A program made the translations under genes and the position numbers. The notes below the pieces were generated by a model, which was not told the DNA's origin, searched no databases, and saw only the letters and a list, made by a program, of their open reading frames with translations. This document shows, piece by piece, positions 55,716-64,000 of a DNA stretch of 64,000 nucleotides. How positions within the stretch are numbered: the stretch's first letter is position 1; each line of letters opens with the position of its first letter. Source of the stretch: Alphaproteobacteria bacterium (GTDB lineage: Bacteria; Pseudomonadota; Alphaproteobacteria; Bin95). The stretch is from the NCBI GenBank assembly GCA_965220855.1, contig CBDCQY010000001.1:2522120-2586119 (forward strand), written 5' to 3'.

Positions 55716-56429
55716 TCAGAACTCGATGCGGGCGGCGCCCAGGATGCGGAGCGTGCGGGGGTGCTGCATCAGCAGGGCGAGGCCGCCCGGTTCGGCGGGC
55801 GGGACCTGCACGCTGCGCTCGCCTTCCTGCGCCGCGCCCGTCCAGGGCGGCAGCTCGCTCCGTTCGCGCACCACATGGTGGTAGGCGAGCTGGCGGCCGG
55901 CATTCTCGCCGCGCGGCACGAACTGGTCGAGCCGGCGGGCGTAGCGCAGCAGCAGCACGCGCGCCCGGCCCTCGCCCGCCGGCAGCGCGTAGCGCAGGCG
56001 GCCGGGGGCCAGCCAGGCGAGCCGGGGCGCGAGCCGCTCGCCCGCGCCCGCCGCCGCCTCGGCGAGCGCCGCCTCCAGCCGGCGACGGTCGTAGCCCGGC
56101 ACATCGTGACGCCCGTCCACCACCATTTGCGGCGTATAGACATTCGGACGCCCCAGCGCCCCGGCATAGGCGTATTGCCTCTCCGTGGCGGCCCGGCTGG
56201 CGAAGGGGTCGGGCCAGCCGAGCCGGTCCCAGTAATCGACATGGAAGGCGAGCGCGACCACGCCCTCGCGGTCCGCAAGCTCCGCCAGAATGCGGTCGGC
56301 GGGCGGGCAGGAGGAGCAGCCTTGCGAGGTGAACAGCTCCACCACCACCGGCTTCGCCGTCTCGCCCGCCGCCCCGGCCGCCCAGAGCAGGGCGACCGCC
56401 AGCCAGAGCCCGTGCGCCGCCGCCCTCAC
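55716..56429 (-). CDS. DUF1223 family secreted thioredoxin-like protein
   Basis: VVELFTSQGCSSCPPAD; HVDYWD.LGW.DPF; YTPQMVV; GENAG. Confidence 0.9.
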   Translation of the reverse strand: MRAAAHGLWLAVALLWAAGAAGETAKPVVVELFTSQGCSSCPPADRILAELADREGVVALAFHVDYWDRLGWPDPFASRAATERQYAYAGALGRPNVYTPQMVVDGRHDVPGYDRRRLEAALAEAAAGAGERLAPRLAWLAPGRLRYALPAGEGRARVLLLRYARRLDQFVPRGENAGRQLAYHHVVRERSELPPWTGAAQEGERSVQVPPAEPGGLALLMQHPRTLRILGAARIEF

Positions 56430-57115
56430 TCGAACAGCGCCACAGCGCGGATCGGGCTGCCGGTGCCGCCGCGAATCCGCAGCGGGAAGCCGATGAAGCG
56501 GAAGCGCCCGCGCCCGACCACCGCCTCCAGATTGGCGAGGCATTCCATATGGGTGATGCCGCGCTCGGCGCAGATGCGGTGCGCGCGATAGTTGAGCTCG
56601 CCCTCCGGCGCGGGGCTGACCGCCTCCACCCCGAACATGCCGACGCCTCGGTCCGCCAGCCAATGCACCGATTCCGGCGCGAGGCCCGGAAAGTCGTGCG
56701 CATAGCCGGGCGCGCCGAACAGCCGCCGGTTGACGCCCATGGCGAGCAGCACCGTGTCGCCCGGCTCTATGGTCTCGCCGGAGGCGGCGAGCGCGGCCTC
56801 CATCTCCGCCCGCGTCACCGCATGGCGGAGCGGCGGCTCGCCGAGGTCGAGGCAGAAGGCCGGCCGGTAGAAGCGGTCCAGCGCCATCTCGTCGATCGAC
56901 TGAGCCGCCGGGTCGGGGTCGAAATGGCAGAAGGCGTCCACATGCGTGCCGGAATGGTCCGACAGCGAGAGCGCGAGCGCCTTCGAGGAGAAGGCGAAGC
57001 CGCCTGCGGTCTTGGTCTCGGAATGGTCGTTCCAGACCGTCACCACTACCGGCGGATGCGCCGGATGGGCCGGCGTGCGGTGATGCAGCTCGCGCGAGAG
57101 ATCGACCAGCTCCAT
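56426..57115 (-). CDS. Cyclase family metal-dependent hydrolase (kynurenine formamidase-like)
   Basis: HSGTHVDA..HF; FPL.I.GGTGSPIRAVA. Confidence 0.9.
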   Translation of the reverse strand: MELVDLSRELHHRTPAHPAHPPVVVTVWNDHSETKTAGGFAFSSKALALSLSDHSGTHVDAFCHFDPDPAAQSIDEMALDRFYRPAFCLDLGEPPLRHAVTRAEMEAALAASGETIEPGDTVLLAMGVNRRLFGAPGYAHDFPGLAPESVHWLADRGVGMFGVEAVSPAPEGELNYRAHRICAERGITHMECLANLEAVVGRGRFRFIGFPLRIRGGTGSPIRAVALFE

Positions 57116-57960
57116 CAGACCGGCCGGTCGCCCTCGACCGTCACCCGGTGCATCGAGCGGCGATAGCCGGGATAGTCGTTGAGCGCGTAATGCTGGGTGC
57201 AGCGATTGTCCCAGAAGGCGACCGAGCCGGTCTCCCAGCGGAAGCGGCAGGTATATTCCGGCCGCACCGCCTGGGCGTAGAGATAGCGGAGCAGCGGGCG
57301 GCTTTCCTCGACCGTCCAGCCGTCGATGCGCCGCGTGAAGGCCGCATTGACGAAGAGGCCCTTGCGCCCGGTCTCGGGGTGGGTGCGCACCACCGGATGC
57401 ACGCTCTCGATGGTCTCCTCGCGCTCCTCCAGCTTGGTGGAGCGCATCGCATTGCTCTCCTCGCGGCGCTTGCGATCGGTGAACACATCGGCGCTGTGCA
57501 CGGCGCGAAGGCCGGCGAGCAGCTCCTTCATGCCGTCGGAGAGCGCTTCGTAAGCGTGATACTGGCTCGCGAACATGGTGTCGCCGCCGACCGGCGGCGT
57601 CTCCAGCGCATAGAGGATGGAGCCGAGCGCGGGCGCCGGCAGGAAGGTCACATCCGTGTGCCAGACGCCGCCGATATTCTCGCGCGCCTCGGGCTCCTTC
57701 AGCACCGGCAGGATCTCCGGATGCCCGTCCAGCGCGCGGTAATAGGGATGGACGTTGAGGTCTCCGAAGCGCCGCCCGAGCGCCTTGTGCTGCTCGGGGT
57801 CGAGCGACTGGTCGCGGAAGAAGATCACCTGATGGTCGAGAAAGGCGCGATGCACGGTCTCGAAGCTCTCGTCGGTCAGCGGCTCGGCCAGATCGACGCC
57901 CAGAATCTCCGCGCCGAGCGCGCCGGCCACGGGCCGGATTTCGATGTGATTGGACTTCAC
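57115..57960 (-). CDS. TauD-like 2-oxoglutarate-dependent dioxygenase (closest of the four to canonical taurine dioxygenase)
   Basis: WHTDVTF; GGDT; HPVVRTHPETGRK; WDNRCTQHYA. Confidence 0.9.
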   Translation of the reverse strand: MKSNHIEIRPVAGALGAEILGVDLAEPLTDESFETVHRAFLDHQVIFFRDQSLDPEQHKALGRRFGDLNVHPYYRALDGHPEILPVLKEPEARENIGGVWHTDVTFLPAPALGSILYALETPPVGGDTMFASQYHAYEALSDGMKELLAGLRAVHSADVFTDRKRREESNAMRSTKLEEREETIESVHPVVRTHPETGRKGLFVNAAFTRRIDGWTVEESRPLLRYLYAQAVRPEYTCRFRWETGSVAFWDNRCTQHYALNDYPGYRRSMHRVTVEGDRPV

Positions 57961-58020
57961 GGCGCTCCTCCCTTATGGCTCCGGTGAAACTCTACCCCAT
58001 CCCGCCGTTTGCGACCAAGC

Positions 58021-58872
58021 ATGACTCAGCCGGAACTCCGGGGCCGCCTCGACCGGGCGGCCCGACGCCATGAGACGCCCTGCGGCGACGGTCGGATGGT
58101 CTGGCGCGAATGGGGCGCCGGGCCGACCCTGCTGCTGCTCCACGGCTCCTTCGGCTCCTGGACGCACTGGATACGCAATATCGAGGCGCTGGCGGCGCGC
58201 TTCCGCGTGCTCGCCGCCGATCTGCCGGGCATGGGCGAGAGCGACCCGCCGCCCCTGCCCTTCGACGCCGGCAGCCTGGCCGACATTATCGTCGCCGGGC
58301 TGGAGCGCCTTGCGCCGGAGCCGTTCCATCTGGTCGGCTTCTCCTTCGGCGGCATCGTCGGCGGCCATGTCGGGGTGCGCGCGCTGCCGCGCCTGATAAG
58401 CTACACGGCGATCGGCTCCAACGCGCTCGGCCTGCCGATGGCCGAGAGAGCGCCGCTCCGCAAGCCCAACCGGCGGATGAGCGAGGCGGAGCTGCTGGAG
58501 GTGCACCGCCACAATCTGGCGGCGCAGATGTTCGGCGACGCCGGCCGGATCGACGCCCAGGCGCTCGCCCTGCAAAACGCCAACACCCGCCGGGCGCGCA
58601 TCCGCTCCGGGACCATCCCGATGGGCGACAGCCTCGCCCACAGGCTCCGCGAGCTGGCGGCGGCCGGCGCGCCGATCCAGGGCGTCTGGGGCGAGCGCGA
58701 CGCGACCGCCGCCGGCCTGCTGGAGACGCGCCGGGCGCTCTTTCGGGCGATCCAGCCCGGCTGCCGCTTTCACATCCTGCCGGGCGCCGGCCACTGGGCC
58801 GCCTATGAGGCGCCCGAGGCCGTCAACCGCATCCTGCTCGACACCCTGCCCCAGATGGAGACCGCCGCGTGA
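58021..58872 (+). CDS. Alpha/beta hydrolase
   Basis: LLHGSFGSW; DLPGMGES; GFSFGG; GAGHW. Confidence 0.88.
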   Translation: MTQPELRGRLDRAARRHETPCGDGRMVWREWGAGPTLLLLHGSFGSWTHWIRNIEALAARFRVLAADLPGMGESDPPPLPFDAGSLADIIVAGLERLAPEPFHLVGFSFGGIVGGHVGVRALPRLISYTAIGSNALGLPMAERAPLRKPNRRMSEAELLEVHRHNLAAQMFGDAGRIDAQALALQNANTRRARIRSGTIPMGDSLAHRLRELAAAGAPIQGVWGERDATAAGLLETRRALFRAIQPGCRFHILPGAGHWAAYEAPEAVNRILLDTLPQMETAA

Positions 58873-59537
58873 ACGCCCTCGAAGCCATCGCCACCCGCCG
58901 CTCTGTGCGCGCCTTCCGCCCGGACCCGGTGCCGGAAGATGTCGTCCGCCGGATCCTGGAGGTCTCGGCGCGCGCCCCGTCCGGCACCAACATGCAGCCC
59001 TGGAAGGCGCGGGTAGTCACCGGCGCGGCGCGCGCCCGCCTGGTGGAGGCCGCGATCGAGGCGGCCCGCAACGGGGCCGCGCTCAAGGCCGAATACAAAT
59101 ATTACCCCGACCGCTTTCCCGAGCCCTATCTCTCGCGCCGGCGCAAGGTCGGCTGGGACCTGTACGGCCTGCTCGGCATCCAGCGCGGCGAGAGCGAGAA
59201 GATGCGCGCCCAGCACGCCCGCAACCAGATGTTCTTCGATGCGCCGGTCGGCATCGTCTTCAGCATCGATCGCGTGCTGGAGATCGGCAGCTGGCTGGAT
59301 TACGGCATGTTCCTGGAGAATGTCATGGTAGCGGCGCGCGCCTTCGGCCTGCACAGCTGCCCGCAAGTGGCCTGGACGCCCTTTCACGAGGTGGTGCGCC
59401 AAGTGCTGGGGATGCCGGAGGAGGAGGTGGTGGTCTGCGGAATGGCGCTCGGCTATGAGGATGAGGGCGCGGTCGAGAACAGCCTGCGCACCGAACGCGC
59501 CCCGCTGGAAGACTGGGTCACCTTCCACGCTGAGTGA
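58869..59537 (+). CDS. Nitroreductase family protein
   Basis: RRSVRAF; APSGTNMQPW; FFDAPV; GMALGY. Confidence 0.9.
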   Translation: MNALEAIATRRSVRAFRPDPVPEDVVRRILEVSARAPSGTNMQPWKARVVTGAARARLVEAAIEAARNGAALKAEYKYYPDRFPEPYLSRRRKVGWDLYGLLGIQRGESEKMRAQHARNQMFFDAPVGIVFSIDRVLEIGSWLDYGMFLENVMVAARAFGLHSCPQVAWTPFHEVVRQVLGMPEEEVVVCGMALGYEDEGAVENSLRTERAPLEDWVTFHAE

Positions 59538-59575
59538 GAGGTGGGGACGAGGACAGCGGCCGGAAGGATGGCGGA

Positions 59576-59737
59576 GTGACGGACGAACTGCCGATTTTCT
59601 CGACGGATGAGCGGCAGGCGCTTCGAGAGCTGCTGTCCCGCCGACAGACAGGCGACTTCATTTCTGGCGAGGAAATGGACGCCCGGCTGAAACGGATGTT
59701 TGCCGAAAAGAAGCGCGCCCTCGGCGTTTCGGAGTGA
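59576..59737 (+). CDS. Small ParD-like antitoxin candidate
   Basis: ALRELLSRRQTGDFISGEEMDARLKRM resembles ParD C-terminal regions; start uncertain. Confidence 0.45.
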   Translation: MTDELPIFSTDERQALRELLSRRQTGDFISGEEMDARLKRMFAEKKRALGVSE

Positions 59738-59747
59738 ACCTCCGGCT

Positions 59748-60506
59748 CTACCGCAATCCCCCGGTGACGAAGATGGTGTCGGCGGTGAGGTAGCTGGCGG
59801 CGTCGGAGCAGGCGAAGAGGACCGTCTCGGCGATCTCTTCCGGCTGGGCCATGCGGCCGATGGGGGTTTGCGTGGCGTAGGCTTCCAGCACTTCGGGGGG
59901 CGTGTTGTCGTGGAAGGGCGTTTCCACGATGCCGGGCGAGATCGACAGGCAGCGCACGCCCCGGCTGGCGAACTCCCGCCCGATGCCGAGCGTCATGGTG
60001 TGCACGGCGCCCTTGGACGAGGCGTAGTGCACCGAATTGCCGGCCCCGCCGATGCGCGCCGCCACGCTGGCGATATTGACGATCACCCCGCCGCCCCGCT
60101 CCAGCATATGCGGCAGGATGGCCTGCGCGCCGTTGAAGGTGCCGCGCACATTGAGGGCGTAGGTGCGCTCCCACAGCTCCTCCGTGATCTCCAGGAAGGG
60201 CTTGCGCGCCAGCGCCGCGCCGGCGGCGTTCAACTCGAACTCGACCCGCCCGAACTCGGCGATCGCCTGGGCCACGGCCGCATCGACATCCGCGCGCACG
60301 GTCACGTCGCAGGCCGCGAAACTCGCCCGCGCGCCCATCTGGATGACCTGGTTGGCGGTGCGCTCGGCGGCCTCGGCGTCGATATCGGCGCAGACCGCAT
60401 TCGCCCCCTCCCGCGCGAAGGTGAGCGCCGTCGCCCGCCCGATGCCGCTGCCGGCCCCGGTGATCAGAATGGTCTTGTTTCTGAAATAGTCCGGGTCCCT
60501 CGGCAT
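59748..60506 (-). CDS. SDR family oxidoreductase
   Basis: TGAGSGIG; YASSK; PIGR..QPEEIA. Confidence 0.92.
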   Translation of the reverse strand: MPRDPDYFRNKTILITGAGSGIGRATALTFAREGANAVCADIDAEAAERTANQVIQMGARASFAACDVTVRADVDAAVAQAIAEFGRVEFELNAAGAALARKPFLEITEELWERTYALNVRGTFNGAQAILPHMLERGGGVIVNIASVAARIGGAGNSVHYASSKGAVHTMTLGIGREFASRGVRCLSISPGIVETPFHDNTPPEVLEAYATQTPIGRMAQPEEIAETVLFACSDAASYLTADTIFVTGGLR

Positions 60507-60527
60507 GAGCCTGTTCCTTCGGTCGAG

Positions 60528-61319
<792 letters not shown>

Positions 61320-61352
61320 CGTTTCATCCCGAGGCCATCCGGTTGAAAGGGG

Positions 61353-61381
61353 CGGCGGGACCCGCAATGCGGGTCCCGCCG
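61353..61381. promoter_or_regulatory. Intercistronic GC-rich hairpin after the substrate-binding protein gene
   Basis: CGGCGGGACCCGCA-A-TGCGGGTCCCGCCG, 14-bp perfect stem; no U-tract. Confidence 0.6.
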
Positions 61382-61399
61382 GACTTCTGCAAGCGCGCC

Positions 61400-62644
61400 T
61401 TACTGGCGGCTTGCGTCCGCCTTCAGCAGCTCGACCACCGCTTCGCGATAGCCCTGGAACCAGTCGGTCACGCCGACGAACTTGCCGCCCTGGACCTGGA
61501 AGACGCGCACCCAGCCGCCGCCTTCATGGTCGAAGGAGGTGATCTCCATCGGCGGCACCAGACCGCCGAGCGTGAAGCCGCTGATCTGCTCGAAGCCGTT
61601 CTTCACGTCCTCGCCGGTGATGTCGCCGGAGCCCTTGGCCTTGACCGCGTTCTCGATCGCCTTCAGGTGGATCGCCGCCGCGAACACGCCGCGATTGTAA
61701 TAGACCGTGGAGGCCATCTCCGCCGGCGGCTCCTTGCCTTCGGCCTTGTACATGGCGCGGATCTCGTCCAGCACCGGATAGTCGGAGCCGACGCCCGCGA
61801 ACTGCAGCGCGGAATAGCCTTCCATGCGGTCGAAACCGCCGGCGGCCTCGATATCCGCCTCGCCGCCGGCCCACACGAAGCCCAGCACCTTCTTCAGGTC
61901 GTAGCCGGCCCGCTTGAACTCCTTCATCGACACCGACGGCGCGCGCCCGAACAGATGCGAGATCACGAAATCGGCCCGGAAGCGCCGCGTGATGTCCAGC
62001 ACCTGGGCGGACATCTCGATGCCCGGAGGCGGCACCGCGAACTCCTGCAGCGTGAAGCCGACCTGGTCGCGCAGCTTGTGCAGCACCGGCAGCGGCTCGC
62101 GTCCGGCGGGGTTGTCGTAATAGATGTAGGCGATCTTCTTGCCGGAGAGATCGCCGCCCAGCTGCCCACGCACATATTCGAGCGCCGCCGCCGCCTGGCT
62201 CCAGTAGGAGGCCGCGATCGGGAAGATGTAGGGGAAGTTCTCGCCATTGGAGGCTGCGGCGGTGCCGAAGCCGGGCGAGGTTCCCGGAATCTTGTCCTCG
62301 GTCAGCTTCTGCGTCAGCGCCTGGGTGTGCGGCGTGCCGTAGAGGCCGATGACCACCGCGCCTTCCTTCTTGTGCAGCGCATAGGCCTCCATGCCGGCAG
62401 GCACCTTGTATTCGTGGTCGATCTCGATGACCCGAATCATGTTGCCCTCGACCCCGCCCTTGGAGTTCGCCAGCTTCACATAGTCGTGATAGCCGGGGCA
62501 GAGAAAGGTGCCGACGGTCTGGGTCGGCCCGGTGCGGTCGCATTGCATGCCGATGACGATATCGGCCGCCCCGGCCGAGCCCGCCACCCCGGCCGCAGCC
62601 ACCGCGAGGCCCGCGCCGAAGAGCAGTTTGTCGAGACGTTTCAT
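61400..62644 (-). CDS. ABC transporter substrate-binding protein (LivJ/K-like)
   Basis: Signal peptide; DRTGPT; NSKGGVEG; D.EYKVP; DHEGGG. Confidence 0.9.
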   Translation of the reverse strand: MKRLDKLLFGAGLAVAAAGVAGSAGAADIVIGMQCDRTGPTQTVGTFLCPGYHDYVKLANSKGGVEGNMIRVIEIDHEYKVPAGMEAYALHKKEGAVVIGLYGTPHTQALTQKLTEDKIPGTSPGFGTAAASNGENFPYIFPIAASYWSQAAAALEYVRGQLGGDLSGKKIAYIYYDNPAGREPLPVLHKLRDQVGFTLQEFAVPPPGIEMSAQVLDITRRFRADFVISHLFGRAPSVSMKEFKRAGYDLKKVLGFVWAGGEADIEAAGGFDRMEGYSALQFAGVGSDYPVLDEIRAMYKAEGKEPPAEMASTVYYNRGVFAAAIHLKAIENAVKAKGSGDITGEDVKNGFEQISGFTLGGLVPPMEITSFDHEGGGWVRVFQVQGGKFVGVTDWFQGYREAVVELLKADASRQ

Positions 62645-62672
62645 GTCACGTCCTCCCTTCGCGTTTCGAGGG

Positions 62673-63740
62673 CTAGTAGGAAAACGGCCAGATCCGGAAA
62701 TAGTTCCGGATGTTCAGCCACAGGCGGTTGAGGCCCTCTGGCTCCACCACCAGGAAGACGATGATCAGCCCGCCGAACAGGATGAGGCGGAACTGCGCCG
62801 TCACCTGAGCGAGGAAGATCGGGTCGAAGAAGAAGGCGCCGAACGTGTCCATGAAGATGCGGATCACGATCGGCAGCAGCGTCACGAACACGGCGCCGAA
62901 GACCGACCCCAGCACCGAACCCAGCCCGCCGATGATGACCATCGCCAGATAGTCGATGGAAACCACGAGCAGGAACTGCTCATAGTTGGCGATGCTGAGA
63001 TAGTAGGTGTAGAGCACGCCCGCCACGCCGGCGTAGAAGGACGAGATGGCGAAGGCGTAGAGCTTGTAGCGGAAGACGTTGATGCCGATGATCTCGGCGG
63101 CGACGTCCTGGTCGCGAATGGCGATGAAGGCGCGCCCGACGCGCGAGCGCACCAGGTTCATCGTCGCCACGATGGCGAGGATCGCGAACGCCATGAGGAA
63201 GAAGTAAAGCTCGATCTCGGTGTCCAGCTTTTCGCCGAAGAAGGTGGGGCGCGGCACCTCGATGGAGGCCTGCACGCCGCCGGAAATGGCCGGCGTGTGG
63301 TTGATGACCCACTCGATGATGAACTGCGCCGCGAGCGTGGCGATGGCGAGATAAAGCCCCTTGATGCGCAGCGACGGGATGCCGACCAGCACGCCGATCG
63401 CCGCCGCCATCAGCCCGCCGGACGGCACCGCCAGCCAGAACGGCCAGTCCAGCTTGGTGATGAGATTGGCGGCGGTGTAGGCCCCGACCGACATGAAGGC
63501 GGCGTGGCCGATGGAGATCTGCCCGGTGTAGCCCAGCAGGATGTTCAGCCCGAGCGCGCCGACGATGGCGATGGCGATCAGGCAGAGGATCGAGAGGTAG
63601 TAGGGATCGAGGACCAGCGGCACCAGCACCAGGAAGACAAGCGCGAGCAGGATGACCGACCACCGCCCGACGGGCAGGGTGTAGAAGGCCATGTCGCCCT
63701 GGTAGGTCGTCTTGAAATAGCCGCTCTCGCGATGGAACAT
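62673..63740 (-). CDS. Branched-chain amino acid-type ABC permease (LivM-like)
   Basis: GYTGQISIGHAAF; LRIKGLYLAIATLA; IIGGLGS; EPEGL. Confidence 0.92.
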   Translation of the reverse strand: MFHRESGYFKTTYQGDMAFYTLPVGRWSVILLALVFLVLVPLVLDPYYLSILCLIAIAIVGALGLNILLGYTGQISIGHAAFMSVGAYTAANLITKLDWPFWLAVPSGGLMAAAIGVLVGIPSLRIKGLYLAIATLAAQFIIEWVINHTPAISGGVQASIEVPRPTFFGEKLDTEIELYFFLMAFAILAIVATMNLVRSRVGRAFIAIRDQDVAAEIIGINVFRYKLYAFAISSFYAGVAGVLYTYYLSIANYEQFLLVVSIDYLAMVIIGGLGSVLGSVFGAVFVTLLPIVIRIFMDTFGAFFFDPIFLAQVTAQFRLILFGGLIIVFLVVEPEGLNRLWLNIRNYFRIWPFSY

Positions 63741-63746
63741 GGCGGG

Positions 63747-64000
63747 TCAGATCCTCTCGATGATCGGCTTGCCGAACAGGCCGTAGGGCTTGAACATCAG
63801 CATGAGGATCATCAGCACATAGGGCGTGAAGTCCTTGGTGCCGCCGCCGACCATCGGGTCGAGATAGCCCGCCGCCAGATTCTCGACCACGCCGACGATG
63901 ATGCCGCCGACGATGACGCCGACGATGGAGTCGAGCCCGCCCAGGATCACCACCGGGAAGACCTTGAGGCCGATGATCGCAAGCTGCGTATCGACGCCCA
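63747..64000 (-). CDS. Branched-chain amino acid-type ABC permease (LivH-like), 3' part; truncated by window end
   Basis: FPVVILGGLDS..G.I.GG; KPYGLFG. Confidence 0.88.
   Translation of the reverse strand, partial: GVDTQLAIIGLKVFPVVILGGLDSIVGVIVGGIIVGVVENLAAGYLDPMVGGGTKDFTPYVLMILMLMFKPYGLFGKPIIERI

Noticed and set aside
22063-57960. TauD paralogues as 2-oxoglutarate-dependent halogenases
   Set aside because: All four keep the HxD carboxylate ligand; halogenases have HxG/A
61353-61381. Perfect hairpin as an ncRNA or mobile repeat
   Set aside because: Its position right after a substrate-binding protein gene fits an ordinary mRNA-stabilising intercistronic stem

Overview
High-GC (visibly about 70%) alphaproteobacterial chromosome segment, densely coding, with no rRNA, tRNA or CRISPR array seen. 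In order it carries: the end of a DUF1365/MFS/DUF3833/SDR/cfa lipid-modification operon; a 7-Ig-repeat autotransporter-like adhesin; purB, an orphan beta-class DNA methyltransferase and tcuA; a purine catabolism cluster (allE, puuD, xdhAB, uraH, puuE-uraD); a ~2,190 aa Fn3/Ig autotransporter-like adhesin; hmgA and an acyl-CoA dehydrogenase; a low-GC methyltransferase + PD-(D/E)XK-like nuclease pair; apt, ccmABC and ggt; a fused pair of IS remnants; hydantoinase/oxoprolinase A/B with a TRAP transporter; and a branched-chain-type ABC transporter. Four TauD-family dioxygenases are scattered through it. Best leads: (1) two paralogous type V adhesins in which conserved spacer domains alternate with divergent, aromatic/basic loop-decorated Ig-Fn3 modules or a low-GC tip, resembling natural monobody-like variable binders; (2) a compact, probably acquired type II R-M-like pair with an atypical nuclease motif; (3) three toxin-antitoxin loci that each lost the toxin and kept the antitoxin. 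All family calls come from motif recognition, not database searches.
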